The notes under the pieces are model-generated. The model was not told where the DNA came from. It did no database searches and saw only the letters and a list, made by a program, of their open reading frames with translations. Positions 12,887 to 28,312 of a stretch of DNA of 64,000 bases are shown here, one piece after another. Source of the stretch: Eledone cirrhosa (taxonomy: Eukaryota); assembly GCA_964016885.1 (NCBI GenBank), contig OZ024740.1:206708001-206772000 (forward strand), given 5' to 3'. Within the stretch, counting starts at the first letter, position 1; the number at the start of each line of letters is the position of its first letter. Both the position numbers and the translations under genes were made by a program.

Positions 12887-15210
12887 TTTAGCAGCATGGA
12901 TTATAAATGTTATTGAGACACGAGTAAATTAATAATGATGTCAACAGCAGAAATTAGAGATGAAATATATGTTTATTTTTGTTGTAGCACAAATAATGTT
13001 GGTTAACTTGTATGGTTGAAGTTACACATAAAAATGAGGTTACAAAAGGGAATGTGCCATTGCGCCGGAAAGCCGGCAAGCTAGGGTGCAATATCTCACC
13101 GTCACATGTACGTGTTGCTGGTTCGAAGTTCCTGGTGCTAGAGAGAGATTCTTCAAATCTTCGTGGGTAATCTCTCCCTCAGGACGCGTAGGGATACATC
13201 CTCTTCTACTGGCGCTGATTGGCTGAGCTGAGCCAAATCACGCACAGAGAATGTATGTGAGCCCGCGGAATGTAGGTCACTACAATACTCGCCTCCTAGA
13301 CGGCAGTCGATACAGATTATTGAATCAGCAAGAACAAATGCTGAAAGAGCACATCAGTGAAAAAATAATTGAGCAGAAGGATGCATGCAAGAAAAAAAAA
13401 ATGAGGCGCTAAGGGCCGTGTTGAGCCGCTGTGTCAAATGACTAGCTGTTTTGTAGTTTATACGTGACCACCAAAGGTCTAACAGAAAACGGATAAAGTC
13501 TGACATGGTCGAAGTTGCTGTTCTTGCATTAAATGTTAATGGTAAGTGTTGTACCAGTAGCTGTGGATGAAGTTATTATGGTAGTTTACCAGTGCTGGCA
13601 AGAAGATGATGGGTAGGCGAGAAAATGTTGGCCTCCCAGATGTATTGCCGAATGTGCTAGGGAGCCAGGAAAAAATGACTGGTTGCTTTGAAAAGAAAAA
13701 AAGCAAGTTGAATCTGTAGGTGGGTTGCAGTTCCATAATTCGGGCGAATCCACAGAAGTGGTGGAAATGCTGACAAGTCCAGCTTTATTTGTTGTTTTCC
13801 CAGTGAGTCGGGTAAGATAACAAGAAGGAGGTTGTTAAGGATGATGAGTGTGCAACGAGATGCGAAACTGTTTGAGTTCAGCTGCAATTAGCATTCTCGT
13901 GTTGCGGTGCCTGTCTGAATCCAGGTGAATTAAGCTCTATGAGTCGCTAGCATGTGACGGCACCTCAACCAGGTAGGGATCTCGCAGAATATTACGTTTG
14001 AAGAACATATACTAAGAACAACATGTTGGTAGGTGACAAAGAAATGTGTGCATATGCAGGCATGTAAAACAACAAAGAATGTGAATGAATAAAAACCATG
14101 AGCAAGCAAATAGCAAAAGAGCACAAAACAAGTAAATGCATTTTACAAAGAAATATGTGAATGTAACAAACTGATAATTCAAAGTCAATATAAGGGAGCA
14201 GAGAAATTAATGCTCAATGATAAGTTTTTCAAAGTCAAATAGTTCACACATCACCAGTGTACAGACTTTCTGACACTATTTCTATCTGAAAACTGAAAAA
14301 GAAGTTTGTTAATGCCACTAGGGGTTAGATGTATATTGTTTTTGAGAGTTTTCGTGGCCATTTTACCGTCCTGCCACCTTGTGTGACATAAGGTTGTGTT
14401 GCTTGTTTGTATTGCAGGAAGCCGTATCGAAAGAAGGAAAAAAAAAAAAAAAAAAATGTATCCGGGCTATAATTTTGAAAATACATGTGAAAGCATAGAA
14501 GTAAACAATATGATGTGTGGTGGTTGCGTCGGTAAGGCTATGAAGCTGCCATATCACTATTCCCTGTTGTTGGTTAGTGGTTAAACAATGTTGTCGCTGC
14601 TGCTGTTGTTGTTGTTGATTGTAGACAGGACTTGTCGGTAGCCATTTTGAAATTTCCTCGTGGTGAAAAGTTTTTGAAATACTGCTAATTTTTTAAAAAT
14701 TTTAAAAGGAATATTTTGTATTTTCGTAAGTTGCGAAAAGGTTGGCAACGTGGTAATAACAGTGAAGTTCAACTGAATAAAAAGGCTGCGTAAAATTCTT
14801 ACATCGGTCACCAGTTTAGCAGCATGGTGTATAAATATTATTGAGACACGAGTAACATAATAATGATGTCAACAGCAGAAATTAGAGATGAAATGTATGT
14901 TTATTTTGGTGTAGCACAAATAATGTTTGTTAACTCATATGGTTGAAGTTACACATAAAATGAGGTTACAAAAGGGAATGTGCCATTGCGCCGGAAAGCC
15001 GCCAGGCTAAGGTGCAAAATCTCACCGTCACATGTACGTGTTGCTGGTTCGAAGTTCCTGGTGCGAGAGAGAGATTCTTCAAATCTTCGCGGGTAATTTC
15101 TCCCTCAGGACGCGTAGGGATACATCCTCTTCTACTGGCGCTAATTGGCTGAGCTGAGCCAAATCACGCACAGAGAATGTATGTGAGCCCGCTGAATGTA
15201 GGTCACTACA
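12887..15210 (-). mobile_element. Non-autonomous LTR retrotransposon (Gypsy-like)
   Basis: ~397-bp LTRs 12887-13284 and 14815-15210; GGTC TSD; PBS tggtgaccgatgt next to the 5' LTR; PPT-like aggaggcgag before the 3' LTR; no pol. Confidence 0.9.
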
Positions 15211-15542
15211 GGTCTATTAATTTTTTACATCCACTGGAGAGCAATAGCATTGGTAATTCCCTCACTTGATGCGAAACAGCCTTGCCAAAGACTGTCTGGA
15301 TGTTTGTACCTTTTCTTAATTTATTCCTTTAATTGAGTCTCGCAAACTCGCAAACCGTATTGTTTATAGTTAGTATACTATTCGAATTAGGTCCCTTATA
15401 ATTTGAACACAGATATGTATATATCTGTGTTTATCTCTCTTTATTATATTAAATTATATTACACGGCTCGGAAAATTTTTTCCTTGAGCTATTTTAATTG
15501 TAAGGGACTATATTCTGAGTTTCTATCTCAATATATACTTTT

Positions 15543-15644
<102 letters not shown>

Positions 15645-16339
15645 GGGCCGATGAGAGGAATTTTGAAAGCAGTTTCTCCTGAGGTCGAAGTTTTGCTAGA
15701 CCCTGCAAAAATTCCTTTAGAGCACCTCCCTGCCCCCCCCCCTGCCCCCTCTCTCTATATATAATTTTTGTTTGTTCTATTGTTCAACCACAGTGTTATA
15801 TGTATTACTAGTATTAAAGTATAAACTAGTATTATAATCGTGTAAAGTCAAAGTCTGATATATATATATGAATATGTGGTAACCAAAATTACCTACATAT
15901 TTACAGGTGTATGATTGTGTAACTCTGGTTACAACCCACACAATATCCACATTTGAAGGTATGGGATTGTAACGTTGTTAGAATACACACATCTTTCCGT
16001 GTGCTTTTATCCCCCCCCCCCCCCAGTATTCAAATAAACACTTATCTCTCTCTTTATTTATATTCTACTTACTCTGTTCTCACAAAAAACGTAATCAGTG
16101 AGGCAATACACGATTGCTCTTATCTCTCTCTCTCTTTCTCTCTCTGTTTCTACATTTTAACCCCCACACCTTTAGACACTTATCTACCATACATGGGTGT
16201 GCGTGCACACATACAAAGAAATAAACTCGAAGAATATATACATCAACTTCAAATGAATACATTTTTCTGTAACTGTACATACAAATATGTGTGTGTGTAT
16301 GTATGTATGTATATATATATGTATGTATATATATTACGT

Positions 16340-16945
16340 CAGGTCACCAGTTGGTGCTACTGGTAACATGTATCCCAGTACAACCTGTCTCATGGTCGGG
16401 TCGTTGGCGACTAAACTGTCAACCCCACCAAGGTTTCTTGGTGAGGAGGGTGACTTTGGACATCCTGCAGGACTAAAAACAAAACCTATCAAAGGGCAAA
16501 GGAGCTCTTAAGAGTCAATGGCCATCCAAAATCACCGGGTAGAGATGACCCCTTAGTCTTTGTCAAGGCAGAATTCTAGGAGAAGGAAAACTCTGATATA
16601 ACACCTGCAACCCTGATGGTATCCAATGATGTTGACTTGTTCTTCTTTTTGGTAAATATCATCTTGGTTAAGAGAGTGGGACTGGCTTTGTGCAGTGCCT
16701 TTGCTCACTATAAAAGCGTCACGGCACAGGCATTGCTTTATATCTGGAGATCTCTCTGCACTTGTCGTCACATGGTACCATGGGCCCAGCACTATGTGTC
16801 AATAATTGTCACAAGTGTAGTGTTTGTGCCAGAGTTTTCAAGTCGCTGGCTGGACTAAAAAGCCACTCGTTCAGCGCATCGGTAGGGGTTCTCCTACATG
16901 GATATAAAGTAGTGGCCGTACTCGAAAACGAGTTGGCAGCCACCA
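16340..16945 (+). mobile_element. Internally deleted RTE-like element
   Basis: C-terminal C2H2-like motif HKCSVCARVFKSLAGLKSH near the 3' end; structured 5' part; flanked by (TA)n. Confidence 0.5.
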
Positions 16946-17075
16946 TATATACATATATATATATGTAAATATCTTTAAGTCGTTTGGAAGACTCGACAAT
17001 GCAAATGGGTAAATCTCCGGGTAACAAGATAAGTGGGTGTACGTTGAGATGCGTGGTGTGTATAAGATGTGTAAA

Positions 17076-17140
<65 letters not shown>

Positions 17141-17168
17141 TCTCTCTCCCTCCCTCTCTCTCTCTCTC

Positions 17169-17206
<38 letters not shown>

Positions 17207-18042
17207 CTTTCTCTCTCTATATATATATATATTTATATATCTATATATTTATATATATATTTACACACACACATACACATATATATATACACACATATAT
17301 ATATATATAAACTGGATAGCAGAGATAGAAGGTGGTTAGTTTATAAGATTGATCAGTGTAATACCTGCTGGAAAATACGTGATAATATATCATTGATCCT
17401 CAATAATCCGCTGAATTATTTGTCACCATATTGTTTTAAATCAGAAAATAACACAAACATATTTCAATGATTTCATTGGTTCGTCAGACGGATTAGAAAT
17501 AATCCTTTCTAAGTTTGTTTGTAGTTCTATGTTTCTCAAGCTGAACTAATTAGTAGTGTGCTATTTAAACATCAACAAGGACGACAACAAATTTTAGATG
17601 TCATTGTTCAGCGTTACGTCAAACCTGATTTATGATGAAAGGTATTCCAGTGGTGACCATCCCATCTGTACCCAACACTACAGTATCTAATGAATCCTAC
17701 ATTTTTTTAAAGACAGTAAGGAGAGTTTTAACTGATAGTTCTAGCATCTTGTGCGATCATGTAGAGGTTTCTTAGTTGGCTTGCAGTCACTAAATTAGGT
17801 TTTTCGAATGTGATGTATGATATAAAGAGTGCTGGGACTCATCATCATCATCATCGTCAAAACACCACAATCCCCACTCCTCCCCATCCACCGCCAGTAC
17901 ATTCAACACCGCTATCATCAGCACCACAACCACTTGCCAAACTGCAAGTTTAAATATTATTTTAATCGGAGCGCATTACTTCGAGAAGGGAGAGCACACC
18001 AGGGGACTAGTATAGGGCGTTAAATATCCAGACGCCGTCCCA

Positions 18043-18109
<67 letters not shown>

Positions 18110-18117
18110 AAAATAAT

Positions 18118-18302
18118 AATTGTTTCTACTTTTGGCACAAGGCCATCAATTATCCCAGTACATTACTGGTACTTTATTTTATCGACCACGTAAGGATGAA
18201 AGGCAAAGTTAACCTCGGCGGGATTTGAACTCAGTTCGTAAAGGGGCGTAACTATGCTGGAAAGCATGTCGTCGAACCCCCTACCGATACTGCCAATCCA
18301 CA
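18118..18302 (-). mobile_element. tRNA-derived SINE
   Basis: Family core. Confidence 0.82.
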
Positions 18303-18304
18303 AT

Positions 18305-19180
18305 GAAAATTATTGTGTATACACAACTCCTCAAAAGTGCATGTATAGTACATAGAATAATGTACAAATCTCAGGAAAGTGAACAGTGTATAAGTCATGA
18401 TATACACACAGACACACACACATGCGTGCGCATTTATGGAGGCGGAATATCAGGTGTAGTGTTGGTGAGTTTCAGGGAGCATGGGAGATTTGAAGGATGC
18501 AGTGTCTCGACAGCTAACAACTGGTGCAGGTAGTTTGTTCCATGCTTCAGTAACTCTGAGCGGGAAAAAATGTTTCATGGGAGCTATACTGTTTTTTGAG
18601 CATATCCACTGTTGTTAGACATATGGAATTTAAAAAGATGCTCAGGGTTATTGTTGGAAAGATGGTTACTAATCAAGTCAGTTGCCAGACGTTGGAGCTT
18701 TAATGTATCCATGCCCAGGGAAGCAAGGCGTTCAGAGTATGGTAGATGCTTGATGGAGAGTATTCGTTTGGTAGCACGTCTCTGAACAGTTTCCTGGAGA
18801 TCAATATTCTGAGCAAGATAGGGGATCCAGACTGGTGATGTAAATTCTAAGTGTGGACGCACCATAGCTATATACTGCTTTAAATAGATAGCTGGAGAGC
18901 GGCTGACAAAGGTCTTACTGGGTGATACTAAGACTCTATCGGGCTTCTTGATCATTTTAGAGATGTGTTTTGTCTAACGCAAATCTCTGCTGACAATATG
19001 CCCAGGTCATGTTCACAGGAAGACTTCTTGAAATTGGTGCTGTGGAAGGAGTATGTGAACGCTGGGTTTTTCCTCCCAAAATGCTTGGTGATACACTTGT
19101 CCACAGCCAGCTTGAGTTGCCAGTCCGTGATCCATTGCTGCATTGTGTCCACTTGCTTGTTAATTTCACGAGTAGGCTAT
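18305..19180 (-). pseudogene. CR1-group LINE 3' fragment
   Basis: WITDWQLKLAVDKC, DLGI, YIAMVRPHLEFTSPVW, VQRRATK, YSERLASLG; homologous to 21805-22380. Confidence 0.85.
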
Positions 19181-19268
19181 TCTGTTGATAGTATCAACTG
19201 GAACACTTATCCTCGTAACCAATGGACTAATTCCATTTATATGTGTGTGTATGTGTGTCCATGTATCT

Positions 19269-19332
<64 letters not shown>

Positions 19333-19348
19333 GGTGTCCCAAAGAAAT

Positions 19349-19391
<43 letters not shown>

Positions 19392-19392
19392 A

Positions 19393-19953
19393 CATAGAAA
19401 GTGTGGTAAGAAACCAGGTGGACCATAACGCACCAGAGTACTCGATACTTAGTGTAGTAAAGTGGGTAATAGGAAAAGAGTCAGGACCCCGACGGCTCAG
19501 CTCCGGCCATTTCGACAGCTAGATCCTATAGCGAGTGTACTGGGTTGTATGAATGTAACAAGGAATACATGGTTTGTGTGTATAATATTTAATTAACAAT
19601 GGTAGATAGTATAGTTGACATGTCAAAGAAATAGATGATAGAATGAAACAAAGTTAGTCGTTACCGTTTTGATTGCCAGGCAAACGCGGCTGGCAGTGGA
19701 CGCCTGGCTAAGGCCAGGCGCCGGAAGGCAAATGAGAGGCTCTTGGCCTGGTGCCGAAAGGGCAATGAGAGAGTGAGAACTTAAAGTTGTTAGTTTTATA
19801 GGGTTCTGACCAGAAGTTACAGAAAGGGTTCTACTTCACGTCTAGATGTTAATCCAAACAAGGGAGACAACCGCTACAATCCCAACGGATCAGTTCGGAT
19901 CTTGCTGTCGAAACGGCCGGAGCTCAGCCGTCGGGGCCCTGACTCTTTTCCTA
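19393..19953 (-). mobile_element. Hairpin-shaped Penelope pLTR remnant interrupted by a solo LTR
   Basis: Arms 19470-19526/19896-19953 plus tail 19393-19469; homologous to 20670-20860. Confidence 0.7.
19527..19878 (-). mobile_element. Solo LTR
   Basis: Termini TGTAGCG...CGCTATA on the minus strand; ATCC TSD (19523-19526, 19879-19882); similar to LTR 52594-53005. Confidence 0.85.
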
Positions 19954-19977
19954 TATATATATATATATATATAGATG

Positions 19978-20028
19978 AGATTCTACAGGACTAGAACTGT
20001 TTCATTCTTTAGAAATCATCAGGAATCT
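19978..20028 (-). ncRNA. Candidate type I hammerhead
   Basis: Minus strand agattc-CTGATGA-tttctaaagaat-GAAAC-agttcta-GTC-ctgta-gaatct. Confidence 0.5.
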
Positions 20029-20064
20029 GGGTATCAAAAAATAAATATGGTATTTATAGGCCTC

Positions 20065-20114
<50 letters not shown>

Positions 20115-20543
20115 GAGGCCTATAAATACCATATTTATTTATCTCCATATTTATTTATCTCCTTATTTATTTATTTATTTATTTATTTACTTCTTTCTTT
20201 CTTTCTTTATTTTATTCTCGCCTAACAATAGCCTGACACCTAGGTCGTAGAATTTAATTTTTTCTTTACACTTATTTGCTTTTCTTCACTCTCAGTATTT
20301 TTTCTTTCCTATTTCTACCCCCATTGTTCTACCTACCGTTCCGACTTCCTCCCCCTCCCCCTCCCCTGTATCTTCTTTGACCTCATGCCCAGCTGTAGCT
20401 GGCACTACCAACGCTTGATTGGGTCTACTCCACCCCCTCCCCTCTTTCTCCTACTGGCAGGTTTAGCCACCATCTCCCCTACTAATTTGCAACCACAGAA
20501 TTACTACTGATTTTTGACAATCACTTTGACCATATATGGAATT

Positions 20544-20637
20544 ACCCCTTGAGAAGATCGGCTATTTAAATACCAGGATAAATGTTCATTTAGTCCAGAA
20601 TTAGCCGTCGAAACGGCTTGAGCTCAGCTGTCGGGGT
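20544..20637 (+). ncRNA. Type I hammerhead, U3-A8 core variant
   Basis: Stem I acccc/ggggt; TTGAGAA; stem II gatcggcta...tagccgtc; GAAA; stem III cggcttgagctcagctg; GUC site at 20630-20632. Confidence 0.78.
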
Positions 20638-20669
20638 CTTACTGGTTCCTATATATATATATATATATA

Positions 20670-20857
20670 TAGGAACAAGTAAGACCCCGACGGCTGAGCT
20701 CAAGCCGTTTCGACGGCTAATTCACAGAATCAGCCGTCGAAACGGCTTGAGCTCAGCCGTCGGGGTCTTACTTGTTCCTATTACCCACTCTACTACCCTA
20801 AGTATTGAGTACTTTGGTGCGTTATGGTCCACCTGGTTCCTTACCACATTTCCTTCG

Positions 20858-20860
<3 letters not shown>
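20670..20860 (+). mobile_element. Hairpin-shaped Penelope pLTR remnant in (TA)n
   Basis: Arms 20670-20722/20726-20780 plus 80-nt tail; carries the 3' half of the hammerhead. Confidence 0.75.
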
Positions 20861-20896
<36 letters not shown>

Positions 20897-21090
20897 CACA
20901 CACATATACGCACTTAGAAACCCTACCTATTTAGAGCAGGAAATATTCGCTACACTCATTTTGTCCTAATGCAAGTTATATGATTCATATGACTTAATAT
21001 TCAGTCACCATATTCGAGTTAGATACAGTAATGCTATCTTTGAAGTCACCTGTTATAATTTCATTCAACAAAACCATCAGCTCTCTCTCC

Positions 21091-21142
<52 letters not shown>

Positions 21143-21392
21143 GTCTCTCTTCACTCTACTCTCTCACAACCACTATCTCTTTCTTTCTATCTTTCTCTTT
21201 CTCTTTCTCTTTCTCTATCTATGAAGGTGCCTGGAAAAAACCCGTATCTCCGGAACCCGTGTTCCGATTTACGTGAAGCTTGTTTTTTATTCCATTTGTA
21301 TTGCCATTTCAGAGACAACTTCCTTTCAAAGCATTTTCCCATTATGCGCCGTTTTGGCTGTATCAAATTATAGACAAGCACGCAACCACATA

Positions 21393-21450
<58 letters not shown>

Positions 21451-21752
21451 CCACATTTTTAAAGGCAAATACAATAAGAACTTTGTAACGCGAACTGGCA
21501 CGAAATTCATTATACTTATTCGCGTGACAGTCATCAACCAACCAAATTATTAAAAAAAAACAAAAAATCCTAGCAATTCGAGCCACTTTTTCCACATAAA
21601 ACAGAAATAACTTTCGAACACCAACCAGATGCGAGAAAAACCACAAACACTCCATCTCAATTCTACTTTGAAAAGCATAAGAACTGTGAAACCGGTAAAG
21701 GAAACAAATGAACATTCTTAAAAAGACTCTAGTTGCATTTTCGATTTCTTTT

Positions 21753-21804
<52 letters not shown>

Positions 21805-22380
21805 CCGTGCAAGCATGGATATATATCTTGCTCAGAACATTGACCGCCTGGAAACTGTTCAGAGACGAGCAACCAAGCGAATACCCTCCATCAGGCATCT
21901 ACCATACTCTGAACGCCTTGCTTCCCTGGGCACAGATATATTGAAGCTCTGACGTCTGGCAACTGACTTGGTAAACACCCACAAAATTATTAACCATCTT
22001 GCCAACAAGAACCCTGTGTACCTTTTTGATTTCCATGTGTCTAACACACGTGGGCATGCCAAGAAAGTCAGAAAACAGCACAGCTCCCATAACTTTCAGA
22101 AACATTTTTTCACGTGCAGTGTTGCTGAAGCATGGAACAAACTACCTGCATCAGTTATTAGCTGTCGAGGCACTGCATCCTTTAAAACGTCCATACTTTC
22201 TGAGATTCGCCAACACTACACCTAATATTCCCCCTCCATATACACGCACACATGTATATCATGACTCATACACTATTCACTTCCCTGACATTTGTATATT
22301 ATTCTATGCACTATACATGCACCTTTGATGAGTTGTAGTGCACCTGGGCACTGTACAAATAATTTCAATATTATTATATT
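21805..22380 (+). pseudogene. CR1-group LINE 3' end
   Basis: SNTRGHAKK, FFTCSVAEAWNKLP; same family as 18305-19180. Confidence 0.85.
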
Positions 22381-22387
22381 ATTTATA

Positions 22388-22446
<59 letters not shown>

Positions 22447-22508
22447 GTATATTATATATATTATATACATATATATATATATTATATATATAATATATAT
22501 ATATATAC

Positions 22509-22610
<102 letters not shown>

Positions 22611-22629
22611 AAATAAGAAAAATCACAAA

Positions 22630-25590
22630 TTTATTCAAATGGACATAGCAAGTTACTACTCATCTATTACACCTAACCTCTTGAATAAGGCTTTGTCTTA
22701 TGCTTACAAACATACAGATCTAACTTGCGAGGAGAATAATATCATATTAAACGGCTAGAAGAACCCTAATTAATTTTAATAGGAATAGAAATTTTGACAT
22801 TACCATGGGATCATCTGACTCTGCACAAATTACCGAGCTTCTGGGAATTTTTATCCTCAATATGGTAAATAGAAAATTGCTGGAGATTACCGGTGGTTTA
22901 TATAGGGATGATATTTTATTTATTGTAGTTAAGCATAGCAATACAGAACTAAATAGGTTAAGAAAACAATAATAGAATTCTTTAAAAATTATGACCTCAA
23001 ATTAGAAGTTGAAAGTAGCACTAAAGTAGTTAACTTCCTTGATGTCATCCTTAATTTAAATACAGGACTATATTACCCCTTCCATAAGCCCAATGAAAAC
23101 CTAAATTATGTTAACTATTACTCAAATAACCCTAAATTCGTGAAAAATGCAATAGTCAATAGTGTTCAAAAACGCTCAACTAGATTATCTGCTAACAAAT
23201 CCATTTTTGATGAAAAAGCTGGATATTATAATGAGGCATTACATAAGGCAGGATATAAAAATAATATTGAACATCTAGATAATAGTAATTCGAATTATAA
23301 ATTAGGTAAAAATACGAATAACATAAATAAAGTGGACTCTAAAAATTATTTAAATAGAAATAAAAATACTAATGTCATGAATAAATCTCGGGAAAAAAAT
23401 CAGAACCAAAGCAGTTATTTGGTATGCACCTCCTGCGTCTTTAGCTATCAAAACACCCCTGGCAAATTTATTTTTTAAGGCTTTAGATAAATGCTTTCCC
23501 AGTACACATAAATACCATTCTATATTCAATAGAATTAAGCTATCTTATTCTACAGCTATGAATATGGCCCAGAACATTGCAAAAATAAATAGTAGAATTC
23601 TTAATCATAACCAACAAACAATTAGGGACAATGGCAATATTAACATTAACAATAATATTGATACTATGAATAACAATAACATTAATTTAAGCACTCACAA
23701 TAGAACACCTCCAAGTATTAGCAGTGATAACGTGTACAGTTTAAATTATAGTAATAACAGTAAATCGAAATGTAACTGCAAAATAATTGTCTTGATAAGA
23801 ACCTAGTTTATAAATGTACCGTTAAAACAAATAACACCACCTACAACTATATAGGTGCAACTTCATCGAGCTTTAAATTAAGATATTCGAATCACAAACA
23901 CTCTTTTTCGAATCCGGATAAGAAATTCTCAACCTCTTTATCACAACTTATATGGTCCTTAAAAGACAAAAATTTAGAGTACTCAATATTTTGGTCAAAA
24001 CTTTGTAATAGCTAAGTCTACGTAAATTCCTCAGTATAACCTAACTGCAATCTTTGCGATGAGGAGACCCTATTAATAATTACTAATTATGATAACTTAA
24101 TTAACAAAAAACGTGAATTATTCTCAAATTGCTTGCACAAAGCTACATCTACATTCCAAGCTTCAGAAAAAATCAGGAAAAAACATTGAATAAATGTGAA
24201 ATGATTTAGACGTTTATTAATAACTCTGAGCGTGAAACAATATTGTCTCAGATTAAAAATTCTTGTAATGCTTTTATTATTTATACTATTATTATTAGAT
24301 TAAGGGTTTCTACCTTAACATCGAAATTGTTAACCTGATCTCTTGTTGAGTACCTATGACCTTTTGATTGTTTAAATACATTTAATTTTGGTTTTTGTAT
24401 TTTCTAAATCTTATATCTTATATATTTCATACCTCGAATGTATTCAGACTTGTAAACCGTTTAATTACTTTGAATGGTTGTTTATGATTCACGAGGATAT
24501 GATTATACATTTATAGTATAAAAGTCTCCTTAGATCCAAGTTGATACATTTCTTTATACTTAAATTGATGTAAAATTTTAAATGCAGTAAAATATAGTTG
24601 AATCAAATTTATAACACTCTTAACAATAATTATACTATATATAAGTGACTAATATCATTTTAAACCTTAAACTTTATAGTCTATATATAAATTATACAAA
24701 TGTGTATATCTAGATAAATCTGGTTTAATAATATCTTATTAAATACATTTATACATCTTAATTTTAATGTTTTTTAACTAATAGATTGATTATATTCTTA
24801 ATTTTAATATACTTTTAAATATACTTGTGATTACCTTTGGAGTTATGATAAACATAAATTTATCTCTTTCGCGTTACATTTGCTTGAACTCTGATATAAT
24901 ACAATAATATAAATCCTTTAAAATTTTATAATCTAAAATCTTATGTAATTTGATTAATTGACTATTTCTATTTAACTTAAGATTTGAAAATAAATGGTCA
25001 CGCATCATGTGCCTAAATACCCCCCCCCCCTATCTAATTATACGCTATTTATATGTTACAATGCATATCTTCCTCCCTTTGTTTATATGATTAAACTTAT
25101 TTTCCTCTCTCTATCATTTGATCATTTCTCCCTTCTCTTGTTCCTACGATCAAATCTCCCTCCTTTTCTCTCTTTCCTCATGATTTGCGATCTCTCACTT
25201 CCACTATCTACAATAATGAGGTATGCATATATTATTATTATTTAAATTTTTAACAGTTATATAAGTTTATTTATTATATATTATTAGTTATTTATATATC
25301 TTTATACACGTTCTCATACGCACCCTCTGTATTATATGTAATTTTTCATGTTTCAACTTAAAGTATATAAATATTGAGTTTTGTCATAACTAATCACTGC
25401 CATGACTAAATTATAACCATCAACATAGTCAAGGTATGTCAGGCATCAGCTTATTTTATCTGATGAGGACGTACTGTTGAAATAGCTCAGTACCTCTGAA
25501 ATATGTATAATAAAATATATTTGATCACATGAATGTCTATATATATATATATATATATATTACTTCATAATTACTAAACGGACTACCGTC
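22630..25590 (+). mobile_element. Penelope-like element (AT-rich), degenerate RT + GIY-YIG with long 3' UTR/pLTR
   Basis: FDITMGSSDSAQ, GLYRDD, FLDV motifs at 22790-23050; NLVYKC...YIGATS...RYSNH endonuclease at 23800-23900; hammerhead at 25452. Confidence 0.85.
25452..25517 (+). ncRNA. Type I hammerhead ribozyme motif
   Basis: Stem I tattttat/ataaaata; CTGATGA; stem II gtactg/cagtac; GAAA-tatgta-TA. Confidence 0.75.
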
Positions 25591-25616
25591 CGTTTAGGAT
25601 ATATATATATATATAT

Positions 25617-25863
25617 TTATGTAATAAACAACATAAGGTAATTATTTCATTTACCAGTGGTTTCTTGAAAGCAAACAAATTTTGCTTTCAATCATCAGAA
25701 TGAAAAAAATCATTCTGATGATTGAAAGCAAAATTTGTTTGCTTTCAAGAAACGACTGGTAAATGAAATAATTACCTTATGTTGTTTATTACATAACTAT
25801 TAAGCTCTGTAACCTACATAGAGCACTCTTTTTTCCTGGACCTTTCCGACGGAATTACTTCAT

Positions 25864-25864
<1 letters not shown>
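25617..25864 (+). mobile_element. Hairpin-shaped PLE remnant (family of 4717-5027) with hammerhead at 25710-25766
   Basis: ~90-bp inverted arms, same tail, CTGATGA-ttgaaagcaaa..tttgctttcaa-GAAAC..GTA. Confidence 0.78.
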
Positions 25865-27384
<1,520 letters not shown>

Positions 27385-28284
27385 TATTAAATATTTACTC
27401 TACGGTTCTTATATATTTGATATATATTTATCCTTATCGAGCCCTCTTTGGATTTTAGTCTTCAAATTTATTATTATTACTATATATATATAATATTGTT
27501 ATCATCCCTAACACTCGCCTGTCTGTCATCCTCCTAACTGCTATCTCCTCTTTCTCTCGCATCCTTCGCCCTGCCTTTTCCACCCCCTGGCTTGACCTTC
27601 TTGACCACTTCCTGTTGCGCGCACACCCCCACAACTCTCTACTTCCTCCGCACTATTCCACGGATTCTACATAACTGGTCACACGCTCCAGACATCCACC
27701 TTCTTATACTCGGATTTTTCACCATCTGTTGATATACTCACCGGGAAAACATTCAGGAACACACACACTTACACTATCTTCGCAACACGCAACCATACGG
27801 TCCCACGTATCCACACCACACAAAACACGCACACACACGTGCGTATCCTCACATACACATACCCGGCCTCCGGACTCCGCACGGCTCCACTTTCCCACCC
27901 CTCCGACCCCTCTCCATCCAAACGCACACACTGACTTACACCCCACCCCATGTACACACTGTTTTCCTATTACCTAAATATGGAACCTCGTTCATCCCCA
28001 AACTCTCACACTCACATCCACACATCCACACACACACGTACATATACACACACACACCACCTTCCGCCCTTCCCGTTCGAACCCCCTGTCTCCTTCTCCC
28101 CTCCCCTCCATCCACCCACCACCACCCCCTACACGCCTCACACCATTTCACCACTTGCTTCATTTGAATTTTTTTTACCCTCTTTTTAACTTTTTTTCCT
28201 TCTTTTAAATTCCCCCTCCCCTTTTACTGTCTTTCCACCACTCCCCCTCACACCCTCGGAACTGTTTTCCTCCCCACTTTTCTC

Positions 28285-28312
28285 CTGATAAAGGGCTTAT
28301 GCTCGAAACGTC
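28285..28312 (+). ncRNA. Minimal PLE-type hammerhead, probably inactive (CTGATAA)
   Basis: ctgataa-a-gggc-ttat-gctc-gaaacgtc at the end of a pyrimidine-rich PLE-like UTR; relative at 38100. Confidence 0.5.

Noticed and set aside
17455-17495. Minus-strand CTGACGA...GAAA hammerhead candidate
   Set aside because: No convincing stem I or stem III
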